IMG/VR virus record: IMGVR_UViG_3300032332_000934
Location: 1 to 64,000 of that record
Source: a virus
Lineage: Duplodnaviria > Caudoviricetes
Direction: 5' to 3' (one strand)
Length of the DNA stretch: 64,000 nucleotides
Within the stretch, counting starts at the first letter, position 1, and each line of letters opens with the position of its first letter. The translations under genes and the position numbers were made by a program. This document shows positions 46,253 to 55,741 of the stretch, piece after piece. The notes beneath the pieces were generated by a model that saw only the letters and a list, made by a program, of their open reading frames with translations, was not told where the DNA came from and did not search any database.

Positions 46253-48348
46253 TTGTTCCTCCTTATTACTGCCCCTGCAATTTGTGATACTATGATCACT
46301 GGGACAATTACTTCTTGCGCTTTTTCTCTCTGATCGTCTGTCATGTCCATACCTAACTCAGAGAAATTAGATAAAAGTTCTATTGGGTCCACCGCAAATA
46401 CAGCTCCAAGTGGGTCTGATAAAAATGCCTCTGTTTGTACTTCTGTTACTGCATCTGCTAATGTAAATGGCATTGCTGTCTCCCCTGCAGAATCTGCTCT
46501 GTCATTAAACTCAACAAATGCTGAAGCAAGTGCTGGGTTAGACTTCATCTGCTCAGCAATCTGTGCAATTTCTGAAGCCTTGATACCAAGATTACCTGCA
46601 ACCTCTTGCTTTGCTTCTTGTGTCAATGCTCTAAGAGTTTGGCTAACTGCTGTGATTTGCTCTGCAGAAAGTTTAACTAATTTATTATCCTTGCTTGTAA
46701 GGTTTGCAATAACTCCAGACAAATCTTCTGAAGTTCCCATTCCTTTTTCAGGAATCAGTGCTGCTAAAACTGCATCTTTAATTTCTACATCTGGGGTAGT
46801 CCAAGGGTTCTCTTCTGGCTTTGGCTCAGGTTCTGGAGATGGTTCAGGAGCAGGCTCTTCAGTTGCTTCTGGGGTAGGTTCAGGAGTTGGTGGTTCTTCT
46901 GCTGTAGGCTCAGGTGTAGGCTGGTCTGTAGGGTCCACTGTAGGCTCTGGAGAAGGCTCTGGTGTAGGAGGCTCTTCTGCTGTAGGTTCTGGGCTTGGTT
47001 CTGGGGTAGGTGGTTCCTCAGCAGTTGGTTCTGGCGAAGGCTCTGGTGTGGGGGCAACAGTTGGTTCTGGATCTGGGCTGGCCTCTGGGGTAGGCTGATT
47101 GGCTGCAGCATTGGCTGCTGCTTGAGCAATAGCAGCATTAAGTTCTCTTTGTGATTGCTCGTCATAGTAACGCCATGCGTTATCAATTGCACTGTTAACA
47201 TTATTAATTGCTTGTTCATATGCGTCAATTGCATTATTTTTATTTTGTAATGCTGTTGCAACATTTAAAATTGAATTATTATATTCAGTTGTTTTATTAG
47301 TTAGGGTTTGATTGTAACCATTTAATGTTGAAACTGATTGGTTATAAACATTTAGTTTATCATTGTATACATCTTGGGCTGCGTTCTTTGCAGCGAGTGC
47401 ATTGTTGTAGTCGTTGGTCTGTTCTTGAGTTGCTCCAGATCCAGAAGAAAATGTGTTTAAATTACAACTAAAGTTTTGTCCCCATACTCTTGGATTTCCA
47501 GCATAGTCACAACCTGCTCCAGTCCATCCTCCAGGAATTCCCCATCCAAGATGATAGGATCCTGGCCCCCCACCGTTGTACCACCAGATCTCTACATCAA
47601 AAACTTTATCGCTTGTTACATCATATACAGGAGAATAAGCACTCCAAGTTGTTCCTTGCTCCCGCCAATTATTAATGGCAAGTTCTCCATCAATGTACAT
47701 TCTAAAACCATCATCTGTATATCCTGCAAAGTATGCCTGTGTAAACCATGAAGGAACTGTTATTTTTCCAGTAAATTTAACTATAAAGTTTTCATATCTA
47801 TTACCACAAACTGGACGAGTCATGTAGTTTCCATTTAGTGTTCCACTACATAAGAATTGATCTGTGGCTGCAAGGCCATCAACCCTGATTAAACTATAAA
47901 CATTGTATGATAAACCAGCACCACCAGCATTATTTAATGCTTGCTGAGCAGTTGATAAATTAATATTTGCTACACCAAGAGCATCGTAGGCATTGTTCTT
48001 ATTAGTTAGTGCAGTTGCTACTGTGACTGTTTGCCTATCTACTGCTGTTTGGGCTAATGCTTTTTGTTCCCCTGCCGTGGTTTTTAGGACAAGGGAGTTG
48101 TCATATAGGGTAGAGTTTTGAGTTTGCGCTTCTTTTGCAGATACTGCAAGGGCATATTTATCTTCTGCCTCTTGAATTAAAGATATGAATTCATCTTGGT
48201 ATCCAAGGTCATCTACGCTGTCATTAAGGTTTTGTATTTCTTGAGCTGCTAAGCTTAGTGGATCATCACTATAGGCGGGAGACATAAAAAGCCATCCAAA
48301 TGCAAGCATTATGGACGCTGTTATTCTAAATAACTTTTCCCTTTTCAA
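46249..48348 (-). CDS. Exported PA14-domain protein with coiled coil, Pro/Glu-rich stalk and C-terminal anchor
   Basis: Signal peptide; FTGKI...TDDGFRMYIDG..INNW..QG (PA14); PTPEPSPE repeats at about 46815-47100. Confidence 0.8.
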   Translation of the reverse strand: MKREKLFRITASIMLAFGWLFMSPAYSDDPLSLAAQEIQNLNDSVDDLGYQDEFISLIQEAEDKYALAVSAKEAQTQNSTLYDNSLVLKTTAGEQKALAQTAVDRQTVTVATALTNKNNAYDALGVANINLSTAQQALNNAGGAGLSYNVYSLIRVDGLAATDQFLCSGTLNGNYMTRPVCGNRYENFIVKFTGKITVPSWFTQAYFAGYTDDGFRMYIDGELAINNWREQGTTWSAYSPVYDVTSDKVFDVEIWWYNGGGPGSYHLGWGIPGGWTGAGCDYAGNPRVWGQNFSCNLNTFSSGSGATQEQTNDYNNALAAKNAAQDVYNDKLNVYNQSVSTLNGYNQTLTNKTTEYNNSILNVATALQNKNNAIDAYEQAINNVNSAIDNAWRYYDEQSQRELNAAIAQAAANAAANQPTPEASPDPEPTVAPTPEPSPEPTAEEPPTPEPSPEPTAEEPPTPEPSPEPTVDPTDQPTPEPTAEEPPTPEPTPEATEEPAPEPSPEPEPKPEENPWTTPDVEIKDAVLAALIPEKGMGTSEDLSGVIANLTSKDNKLVKLSAEQITAVSQTLRALTQEAKQEVAGNLGIKASEIAQIAEQMKSNPALASAFVEFNDRADSAGETAMPFTLADAVTEVQTEAFLSDPLGAVFAVDPIELLSNFSELGMDMTDDQREKAQEVIVPVIIVSQIAGAVIRRNK

Positions 48349-48398
48349 CTATGGCTCCTAAGTAAGCAAAATGCTTACCTAGTAATTATACCACTTAG

Positions 48399-48587
48399 CT
48401 ATTTAGGATTATCTGTTTTATAAAATCCATTACCTTTAAACTGTACCCCAACTGTAGTAAAAAACCTTGTCATATTAGATTCACATTCAACACATGTATA
48501 ACCTGGATCACTATCTGTAATTGATCTGTTAATTGACATTAGTGGATGTGCTTCATCATATGAGCACTTGTATTCATATACTGGCAT
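48399..48587 (-). CDS. FmdB-family Zn-ribbon protein
   Basis: MPVYEYKC...CVEC...FKGNGFYKTD. Confidence 0.85.
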   Translation of the reverse strand: MPVYEYKCSYDEAHPLMSINRSITDSDPGYTCVECESNMTRFFTTVGVQFKGNGFYKTDNPK

Positions 48588-49179
48588 CTAAATCCAAAAT
48601 AAAATCAAATATTAGTGAAGCTCTAGGCTCATAAACTATTACCTCATGATTCATTCCAGCGGGAATAAAAACTAAATCTCCAGGTTCAATATTTAATGTA
48701 TAACGTTTATTATCCTTATCGTAAACATTCCATTCTATTTTTCCAATACAATGCCAGTTTATTACATCTGTTTGATCAGAATGAATTTCATACTTTTTGT
48801 CATGTTTAATAAAATTAGTTATTGCAGTTACATGAATAGATGAATTACCTTCCATCAATGAGTTGTTTAAAATTTCAGCTACATCATTACATCCATCGAA
48901 GTAACCACTTTTAAAAATATCTTTACCATCTTTAAATACATAAGAGTAATGAGAAAAGGTATCCATAAGGTTATGTTGTGATAAAATTTCTGTTTTAACA
49001 TTTTCATTCATTAAAAACTGACTAGACTTTTTTTCTTTATTATCATAATTATTATTATATTTATAATTTAGATTATTTATAAAATTATCCCACGATGGAA
49101 CATCGCTATTAAAATTTTTTATATGCAAAAATGTATTATTTTTTTTAGCAGATTTTATTTGATCTAATAGAGAAGTCAT
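48574..49179 (-). CDS. JmjC/cupin-fold oxygenase-like protein
   Basis: HSDQTDV..W.C.G..W...PGDLVFIPAG..HEV. Confidence 0.75.
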   Translation of the reverse strand: MTSLLDQIKSAKKNNTFLHIKNFNSDVPSWDNFINNLNYKYNNNYDNKEKKSSQFLMNENVKTEILSQHNLMDTFSHYSYVFKDGKDIFKSGYFDGCNDVAEILNNSLMEGNSSIHVTAITNFIKHDKKYEIHSDQTDVINWHCIGKIEWNVYDKDNKRYTLNIEPGDLVFIPAGMNHEVIVYEPRASLIFDFILDLDASI

Positions 49180-49586
49180 TATTTACCGCTTTTCTTCCTA
49201 GCTTTTGCTAATACATCAAAGTCTTTAATCTTTGTTTCTCCCATATATCCCCAAGCGTAACCATCTGCAATCATCTTTTCATTTAATGATACTGATGCAC
49301 CATCAAGGAACACCCAGCCTAAAATGCGACCATATTTTTCAGATGAGTCCATTTTTTCTGTTTTAATAACAACAGACTTTGCGGCCTCAATCTCATGCTT
49401 TAAATAAGCTTTTGCTTCTAAGCCTAGAGATTTTTCCATTTTATCTGTTGTTCTTGACTCTGGCGTATCAATGCCAGCTAGTCTTACTCGTGAGCTAAAT
49501 GATATATCAAACCCTAGATCAATATCAACATCAATTGTATCTCCATCAACTACCTTTGTTACTTTCTTTACATAATATTCAAACAT
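49179..49586 (-). CDS. Thermonuclease (SNase-like)
   Basis: VVDGDT, VRLAGIDTPE and KYGRILG motifs. Confidence 0.9.
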   Translation of the reverse strand: MFEYYVKKVTKVVDGDTIDVDIDLGFDISFSSRVRLAGIDTPESRTTDKMEKSLGLEAKAYLKHEIEAAKSVVIKTEKMDSSEKYGRILGWVFLDGASVSLNEKMIADGYAWGYMGETKIKDFDVLAKARKKSGK

Positions 49587-49789
49587 TATTTTCTCCCCCA
49601 TTTAACTTTATTCCAACCACGCTCATGGAAGTAATAAAGTATTGTTTTTGTTAGTACTTCAAACCCTGCAATTGATGCAGCTGTTATTGCCTTATGTGTT
49701 ATAAAGTATGACAACACAAAAGTATCTGCCGTTCCAATTATTCGCCAAGTGATTGCCTTTAGTGCTGATCTTTGTTTAGTTACATTCAT
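49586..49789 (-). CDS. DUF2061 membrane protein
   Basis: RSALKAITWRIIGT.DT...YYFHERGW. Confidence 0.8.
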   Translation of the reverse strand: MNVTKQRSALKAITWRIIGTADTFVLSYFITHKAITAASIAGFEVLTKTILYYFHERGWNKVKWGRK

Positions 49790-49831
49790 TGCCCTGCTCC
49801 TAAAGCCAGCCATGACAAAACTTCTTTTAGT

Positions 49832-50593
49832 TTAGATACCCATCTCTTTACGTTTTTGCGTAGCGCTAATAGCATGAATGTCTGCCCCCAAATCTACTTG
49901 TTCAATCTTATATCCTACATCACGACCATACACAATGTTAGTAATGTTAGGTAGTCTTAGTACTAATGCGCCATCCATAAATTCATCCTTGGCAATATAT
50001 TCTTTTACCTGGTCAAACTTAAGTGGATCTTTCTCACTTGTATTATATGTATTGCGGACTCCAAGTAGTACCTGATCTGTTCTTTTCCCCGCCTCTTTGT
50101 AAAGGGCGTGGTGGCCTTCGTGCCAAGGCTGGTACCTACCAAGCATAAGTGTTGTAGGTGCAGACCAATCATGTAGATTAAACTTATCAATTATATGAGA
50201 TGCCTTTGCTTCTGCATCTAGGTTATGGCTAATAAATGATACATCAAACTCTGTTGGTCTTTCAAACATTTTATTTGTGTCTTCAAAACGGCCTTCTGCA
50301 AGAGTATCCATAAACACAAGTACGTCTGGCTTACCAAAAGCTGATCGTGTTAGTTCCGTTGGGCATACGAAGTCAACAACTACTGGAGCAACACCTTGTT
50401 TAGATATTAACCTTGCCATCTCTCCCATGCGTCGAGCCTGCTCAAGCCTGTCGTCTAGACTAAACCCTAAATCAGAATTTACTGTTGCACGAACTTCGTC
50501 AGCATTAAGGTGAATAGCATTAATGCGCTCTTTCAAGGCTTTTGCAAGTTCTGTCTTCCCAGAACCTGGTAATCCAATAATTTGTATAATCAT
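49832..50593 (-). CDS. Adenylylsulfate-kinase-like (CysC) domain fused to an HxGH nucleotidyltransferase domain
   Basis: GLPGSGKT, LNADEVR..LGFS..DR, then GRYQPWHEGH. Confidence 0.8.
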   Translation of the reverse strand: MIIQIIGLPGSGKTELAKALKERINAIHLNADEVRATVNSDLGFSLDDRLEQARRMGEMARLISKQGVAPVVVDFVCPTELTRSAFGKPDVLVFMDTLAEGRFEDTNKMFERPTEFDVSFISHNLDAEAKASHIIDKFNLHDWSAPTTLMLGRYQPWHEGHHALYKEAGKRTDQVLLGVRNTYNTSEKDPLKFDQVKEYIAKDEFMDGALVLRLPNITNIVYGRDVGYKIEQVDLGADIHAISATQKRKEMGI

Positions 50594-50644
50594 TTTAATC
50601 TTTCTGTTAGAAGGGCAGTTTTTGGACATACCCAGGTCTCAATT

Positions 50645-51061
50645 TTATTTAATTTTTAGAATTTTTGGTTGTTTTTCTTTTGGTAGATTTCTAACTACAA
50701 GGATATTTAGCATACCGTCCTTTAGCTCTACACTAGAAACTTCCATGTATTCACTTAGCTCGAAGATTCTTGTAAACTTACGTGCAGCGATTCCCTTATG
50801 TACAACCTTTGCATCTGTTATTTCAGTAATTTCACCTGTAATCCAAAGACTTCCGTCTTCAATAGATACAGTTAAATCTTCTCTCGTGAATCCAGCAACT
50901 GCCAGTGTTAGCTGGTAATTGTCTTCGTCTAGCTTTAGCAAATCATACGGCGGAAACGCTGTGTTGTTTACCTTACTAAGACTATTAAAACGCTCCAACT
51001 CTCTGTTGAAGCCAATAAAAAATGGATCCTTAAAAAGATCCATCGCAAACTGTGTTACCAT
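50645..51061 (-). CDS. Small heat-shock protein (Hsp20/IbpA-like)
   Basis: FPPYD...LAVAGF...HKGIAARKFTR.F.L...DGML. Confidence 0.92.
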   Translation of the reverse strand: MVTQFAMDLFKDPFFIGFNRELERFNSLSKVNNTAFPPYDLLKLDEDNYQLTLAVAGFTREDLTVSIEDGSLWITGEITEITDAKVVHKGIAARKFTRIFELSEYMEVSSVELKDGMLNILVVRNLPKEKQPKILKIK

Positions 51062-51132
51062 AATATTCCCCTTTCAAGCGAATAGTTTAATTTAGGCCCC
51101 TTTTGGCGACCTATTTTAATTATATCATATTG

Positions 51133-51205
51133 CTGGGGATATAGGGCTCGAACCTATGACCTAGAAATTAACAGTTTCCCGCTCTGCCAGCTGAGCTAAT
51201 CCCCA
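51133..51205 (-). tRNA. tRNA-Asn(GUU)
   Basis: Anticodon arm GGAAA-CTGTTAA-TTTCT. Confidence 0.9.
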
Positions 51206-51209
51206 ATCG

Positions 51210-51282
51210 TGTCCCCAGATGGTATCGAACCATCGACCCGCAGATTAAAAGTCTGCTGCTCTACCAGCTGAGCTATAGGAAC
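51210..51282 (-). tRNA. tRNA-Lys(UUU)
   Basis: Anticodon arm GCAGA-CTTTTAA-TCTGC. Confidence 0.9.
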
Positions 51283-51319
51283 AATGCTGGCAGTTTTAAT
51301 TCATACCAAGGAAATCAAT

Positions 51320-51832
51320 CTAGGCTGACAAGATTTTAGACAACGCATTAATTGTTGCTGCAATTCTTCCGATATCACGCAACTGTTCAACACTATATCC
51401 TTCTTCTTTTAATGTATCATAATGTGCTTTAACACAAAAATGACATTTGCCAACTATTGATGATGCCAATGAGTATGCTTCAAACTTACCTTTTGTTGTA
51501 CCTCCGTGAGATGATATAGCATTCATTCTAAGTTGTGCTGGTAATCCTTTAAGATTAGCATCGTCAGCCATTTCAATAAAAGGATACCATGTATTATTTT
51601 GTGCCATTATGGCACCAGCTGTAAGGGCTGCATTTTTTTCAACTTCATCTGTTGCACTTGCAACTATAAATGCAAGCAACTTGGCGTTTCCAGTTGCAAA
51701 TGCTGATGAAATTGAAATGTATGTAGCATGCTCTGGATCAATAGTAGACCTATTAATAACGGCATCCAGGTTTAATTTTATATCTTTAGCATACTCTGGA
51801 AGAGATTCTTTAAGTTGGTCTACCCATGTCAT
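51320..51832 (-). CDS. ahpD: Alkyl hydroperoxidase AhpD
   Basis: LPEYAKDIKLNL, MAQNN and KCHFCVKAH; coupled to ahpC. Confidence 0.92.
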   Translation of the reverse strand: MTWVDQLKESLPEYAKDIKLNLDAVINRSTIDPEHATYISISSAFATGNAKLLAFIVASATDEVEKNAALTAGAIMAQNNTWYPFIEMADDANLKGLPAQLRMNAISSHGGTTKGKFEAYSLASSIVGKCHFCVKAHYDTLKEEGYSVEQLRDIGRIAATINALSKILSA

Positions 51833-52368
51833 TAAAGAGTTTCTCCACCTAATGACCTATTGCATGCACACAGCTCTCCTGTTTGCAATGCATCTAGTAT
51901 GCGAAGTGTTTCGTCTGGGTTTCTTCCTACATCTAGATTATTTACAGTTACATGCTGAATAATATTTTCTGGATCAACAATAAATGTAGCACGATATGTA
52001 ACTCCAGAAGAGTGGTGAACCCCAAGGTCGCTAGCTAGTTGATGCGCTGTATCTGCAAATGACCATGAGTTTGTCTTCTTAAGATCATCATGTGCATTTC
52101 TCCATGCAATTTTACAAAATTCATTATCAACAGAACCAGTCATAAGAACTGTATCTCTATCATTAAAATCATTCACTAAAGCATCGTATGCAACAATTTC
52201 AGTTGGGCATACAAATGTAAAGTCCTTGGGATAAAAAGCAATAACTTTCCATTTTCCTGGAAAAGATTCTTGCGTAATTATTTCAAAAGAGGATTCATCG
52301 TACGACAAAGCCCCTGGCTTAACTCCAGTAACAGCAAAGTTACCAATCTTATCTCCTACGGTTTTCAT
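51832..52368 (-). CDS. ahpC: Peroxiredoxin AhpC
   Basis: YPKDFTFVCPTE, GRNPDE and LCAC. Confidence 0.95.
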   Translation of the reverse strand: MKTVGDKIGNFAVTGVKPGALSYDESSFEIITQESFPGKWKVIAFYPKDFTFVCPTEIVAYDALVNDFNDRDTVLMTGSVDNEFCKIAWRNAHDDLKKTNSWSFADTAHQLASDLGVHHSSGVTYRATFIVDPENIIQHVTVNNLDVGRNPDETLRILDALQTGELCACNRSLGGETL

Positions 52369-52405
52369 TTTTCTCCTTATGTATAAGTGATGATACTGTG
52401 TATCG

Positions 52406-52477
52406 CACCCCTGGCTGGATTCGAACCAGCGGCCAACAGATTAGAAGTCTGTTGCTCTTCCTCTGAGCTACAGAGGT
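52406..52477 (-). tRNA. tRNA-Arg(UCU)
   Basis: Anticodon arm ACAGA-CTTCTAA-TCTGT. Confidence 0.9.
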
Positions 52478-52491
52478 ATAAGAACATTATA

Positions 52492-53541
52492 CTATTTATT
52501 CAAAATATTATCAATAGGTACTGTCTTTAAATATTCAGAATAACATCTCTCAGCCATATGAATATTCCAATGTATTCCCTTGTGTCCATTTTTACGACCA
52601 TCAGACTCGATAGTCATGTCTGCTGCATAATCAAAAAGCGGGTGTTCTAAATACTCAACATGGCATTCAGGATTATCTTTTACAAAATTGAAATCGTTCA
52701 TTGTGCTATCAAAAAAGAATCCAGATGTATTTTCATTTAAAATATTCTCCACCCTATTGGATGCAAACATTGTTTCCCATCCAGTCCAAATAAATTTAAT
52801 ACCAGCTTCTTTACAATATGTAGAAAATATATTAATAAAAGAAAATGTCTCTAAAATATGATCCTCCATTGGAATTACTTCATCATATTTATATGGAGCT
52901 TTAGAAATTTGCTTAAAATTATTTTTTACATGCATGCAATTAAATGGCCCAGCTAAATTATTTTTAGAGCTTATTATCTTTCCTGGAACTGCAAATTTTT
53001 CAGATCGATACAATGGGAAGCATGCAAAAATAGCATCTGGTTTACCAAATTGATTTATAAAGGAAATAGCTTTCATTATTGAGCCTCTAGCGCTATCACC
53101 AGGAGCTCCTAAGTTCACAACTCTACAATTAAATATTTTTTCAAGCTGTGCTGGCCAAGTAAACTCTTCTTCTAAAGAAGTGCCGAAGGTCTGAGAGCAC
53201 CCTATAGCAATAAATTTTTCTGAGCCATCAATATATTCGCCCCTGTATCCAATATTATTAAACCTATACTGTATTTCTTTTTCTTCTTCATTAAAAATAT
53301 ATTTATGTTTTTTCCTATAGTCAGGATGCACATCAAAATTTTCTTTAAACATCTTCATTTGATCTATCATATCACTATCCGATAGAGTTAAATTATAATC
53401 AGGGGATTGCATGTGTCTTGAATTAGTTGCTGCATTTATATCAGATAACACACTTCTACGAAGTGGGCTTCTGAAAGCCGACATTATCGCAAATATTATA
53501 GGGTCTGAGTCATAATCAACTTTAATAACATTTTTATTCAT
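52492..53541 (-). CDS. SGNH-hydrolase-like protein
   Basis: IGCSQTFG, NLGAPG.S and C-terminal DG...H.G. Confidence 0.6.
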   Translation of the reverse strand: MNKNVIKVDYDSDPIIFAIMSAFRSPLRRSVLSDINAATNSRHMQSPDYNLTLSDSDMIDQMKMFKENFDVHPDYRKKHKYIFNEEEKEIQYRFNNIGYRGEYIDGSEKFIAIGCSQTFGTSLEEEFTWPAQLEKIFNCRVVNLGAPGDSARGSIMKAISFINQFGKPDAIFACFPLYRSEKFAVPGKIISSKNNLAGPFNCMHVKNNFKQISKAPYKYDEVIPMEDHILETFSFINIFSTYCKEAGIKFIWTGWETMFASNRVENILNENTSGFFFDSTMNDFNFVKDNPECHVEYLEHPLFDYAADMTIESDGRKNGHKGIHWNIHMAERCYSEYLKTVPIDNILNK

Positions 53542-54969
53542 CTATTGCCCCCTAATAATTTTAAAATTATATTCATTTTCCCATGCAACAACATCTAACT
53601 CATCATTTAATAATGGCTGGCCCTTGATATTTAGGCTAGTATTAAGGAGTACTGGTACTCCAGTTTCTAGGTAAAATTTACTTAAAACCCTATATAGTCC
53701 TCTATGCTGGTCCCTGTTTACCGTTTGTACTCTAGAAGTTCCATCTGCATGAACAACAGATGGAATTATTTCTGGCTTTAAACACTTTACTGTGTACTGC
53801 ATATAAGGACTTGCAAAATCCATATCAAACCATTGAGATGCACATTCTTCCATTATAACTGGGGCAAATGGTCTAAATAGTTCTCTCTGTTTAATTAAAT
53901 TAACTTTGTCTTTAATGTTTGGATTTCTTGGATCTGCAAGTATACTTCTATTTCCCAAGGCTCTTGGACCATACTCTGCTCTACCTGATGCTACTGCTAC
54001 AATTCCATCTTTTAATATACCATCGACAATTTGCTGAACAGGATACTCTCCTCCAAGGTCGTAGCCAAGATAAGGGGTATTCCAATTGATATGCTTACCG
54101 TATAGTGCTGCTGCTGCACCCAGAGAGCTACCAGCGTCTCCTGGGTTTGGCATAATCCAAACTTTATCAAATATATTCCAAAGGAGTGTATTTGCTGATG
54201 AGTTAAGTGCACACCCTCCCATAAAAACTAAATTCTTTTTGCCAGTAATTGAATATGCCATATGCATAAAATCATTTAGTCTTTGCTCGTATACAAATTG
54301 AACTGATGCAGCAATGTCGAACTTATCCTGTTCGGATATATCCAGGTTCCAATCATTAATGCCTTTATGAAAATTGTATTTTTGTTTATTGTATTCTGGG
54401 AAGTAATTGTTTACTTCTTTGTAATAACGTTTCCAATCACCATAGGCAGCCATGCCCATCATTATGTACTCTTCTTGGTTTGGCATAAAACCAATTAATT
54501 TTGTAAAAGCTGAATAAAATAATCCAAAGCTAACTGGGTAGTTTTGCTTATACTTAAATCTAATCTTATCCCCTTCTCCAACCCAGATTGTAGAAGTGTT
54601 GTATTCCCCTATTGCATCCAAAACAACAATAGCGGACTCATTAAATGAACTTGTATAATATCCAGCTGCAGCATGAGAGTAATGGTGCTTAAAATAATGC
54701 ACTGGAAGGTCTAATGGAAAATTTGGTCTCCAGTCACTAGAACCACCATACAGCATCATTCTAGATTTTTTAAGCAGAGGCTTTTCATAATATGCAATTG
54801 CATTTGGTGTTCCGTAATTTAATGCATCAAGAATAATGTCATTGTTGTTATACCAATCATTTTTCTTTTTGCTATATCTTTCTGCATGACCAGCAAACAA
54901 AATCTCACCGTCTTTAATTAAAGACACTGATGCATCATGAGATGTCTCATTTATTCCAAGTATGATCAT
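53542..54969 (-). CDS. Carbamoyltransferase (NodU/CmcH family)
   Basis: HDAS, HHYSHAA, GGCALN, EYGPRALGNRS, RPFAP and LLNTSLN motifs. Confidence 0.93.
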   Translation of the reverse strand: MIILGINETSHDASVSLIKDGEILFAGHAERYSKKKNDWYNNNDIILDALNYGTPNAIAYYEKPLLKKSRMMLYGGSSDWRPNFPLDLPVHYFKHHYSHAAAGYYTSSFNESAIVVLDAIGEYNTSTIWVGEGDKIRFKYKQNYPVSFGLFYSAFTKLIGFMPNQEEYIMMGMAAYGDWKRYYKEVNNYFPEYNKQKYNFHKGINDWNLDISEQDKFDIAASVQFVYEQRLNDFMHMAYSITGKKNLVFMGGCALNSSANTLLWNIFDKVWIMPNPGDAGSSLGAAAALYGKHINWNTPYLGYDLGGEYPVQQIVDGILKDGIVAVASGRAEYGPRALGNRSILADPRNPNIKDKVNLIKQRELFRPFAPVIMEECASQWFDMDFASPYMQYTVKCLKPEIIPSVVHADGTSRVQTVNRDQHRGLYRVLSKFYLETGVPVLLNTSLNIKGQPLLNDELDVVAWENEYNFKIIRGQ

Positions 54970-55056
54970 TAGTAAATAAAGTCTTCGCTGTCTCTTTTAG
55001 GCTTTACTATTTTTTTTCTTACATACAAATAAATTTTATATAAGTAATACTCTATT

Positions 55057-55398
55057 TTAATTTTCATATGGGTTAAACCTTTCAATATCTTCTACTGGTA
55101 TGATACCTTTAGACTCTGCAATTTTAAATCCCTCTTCGGTAAAATTAAAGGTAGCATTTAGCTCTTCATCATATTCAACTTCCATAAGGCCATTATTCAT
55201 TAAATCAATAAGTTCTGAGTCCACATACTCTTCGTGAGCCTGCCAAAGATCTGGAGCTAGTAGTGATGTAGTTTCTTCATTTAGTTCAAATATAGCTTCT
55301 CCGTCTTCGGTAAATCCAGCTATCCTTATTGCACCAATTTCTAAATAGTGCTGGATCCTAAGCATCATCTCATCTTCATCATCATACTCATCAAACAT
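55057..55398 (-). CDS. Acidic hypothetical protein
   Basis: ORF track. Confidence 0.7.
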   Translation of the reverse strand: MFDEYDDEDEMMLRIQHYLEIGAIRIAGFTEDGEAIFELNEETTSLLAPDLWQAHEEYVDSELIDLMNNGLMEVEYDEELNATFNFTEEGFKIAESKGIIPVEDIERFNPYEN

Positions 55399-55409
55399 TA
55401 TTCCTCCTG

Positions 55410-55483
55410 TGCAACAAGTAGGACTTGAACCTACGATTACCGAATTATGAGTTCGGGGCTTTAACCGACTAAGCTATTGTTGC
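55410..55483 (-). tRNA. tRNA with CAU anticodon (elongator Met or Ile2)
   Basis: Acceptor GCAACAA/TTGTTGC-A; anticodon arm CCGAA-CTCATAA-TTCGG. Confidence 0.85.
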
Positions 55484-55492
55484 CTAGCCTAA

Positions 55493-55741
55493 TTATATTA
55501 TTTTATCATCATTATTGTCAATGGACTGCTCTACTACCTTTTGAACATACTCAGAAAAATGTTTTCTTATACTTCCTGGTGGCCTCTTGCCTATTTCCGT
55601 CCAAACTCTTTTATATTCATGTATGTTATCAAAAGTTGTTGGGCAAAGTAGTACCCCGTTGTATTCTTTTAATCTGGTTGGCAGGGGAACATGCTTGCTA
55701 CAGCAAACACACGCCTTTGCTTTTTCTTGATATATACTCAT
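55493..55741 (-). CDS. Hypothetical protein
   Basis: ATGA overlap with the terminase gene. Confidence 0.65.
   Translation of the reverse strand: MSIYQEKAKACVCCSKHVPLPTRLKEYNGVLLCPTTFDNIHEYKRVWTEIGKRPPGSIRKHFSEYVQKVVEQSIDNNDDKII

Noticed and set aside
37851-47264. Antisense or alternate-frame ORFs 37851..38195, 37894..38139, 38440..39111, 46343..47098 and 46785..47264
   Set aside because: Shadows of low-complexity repeats in real genes.
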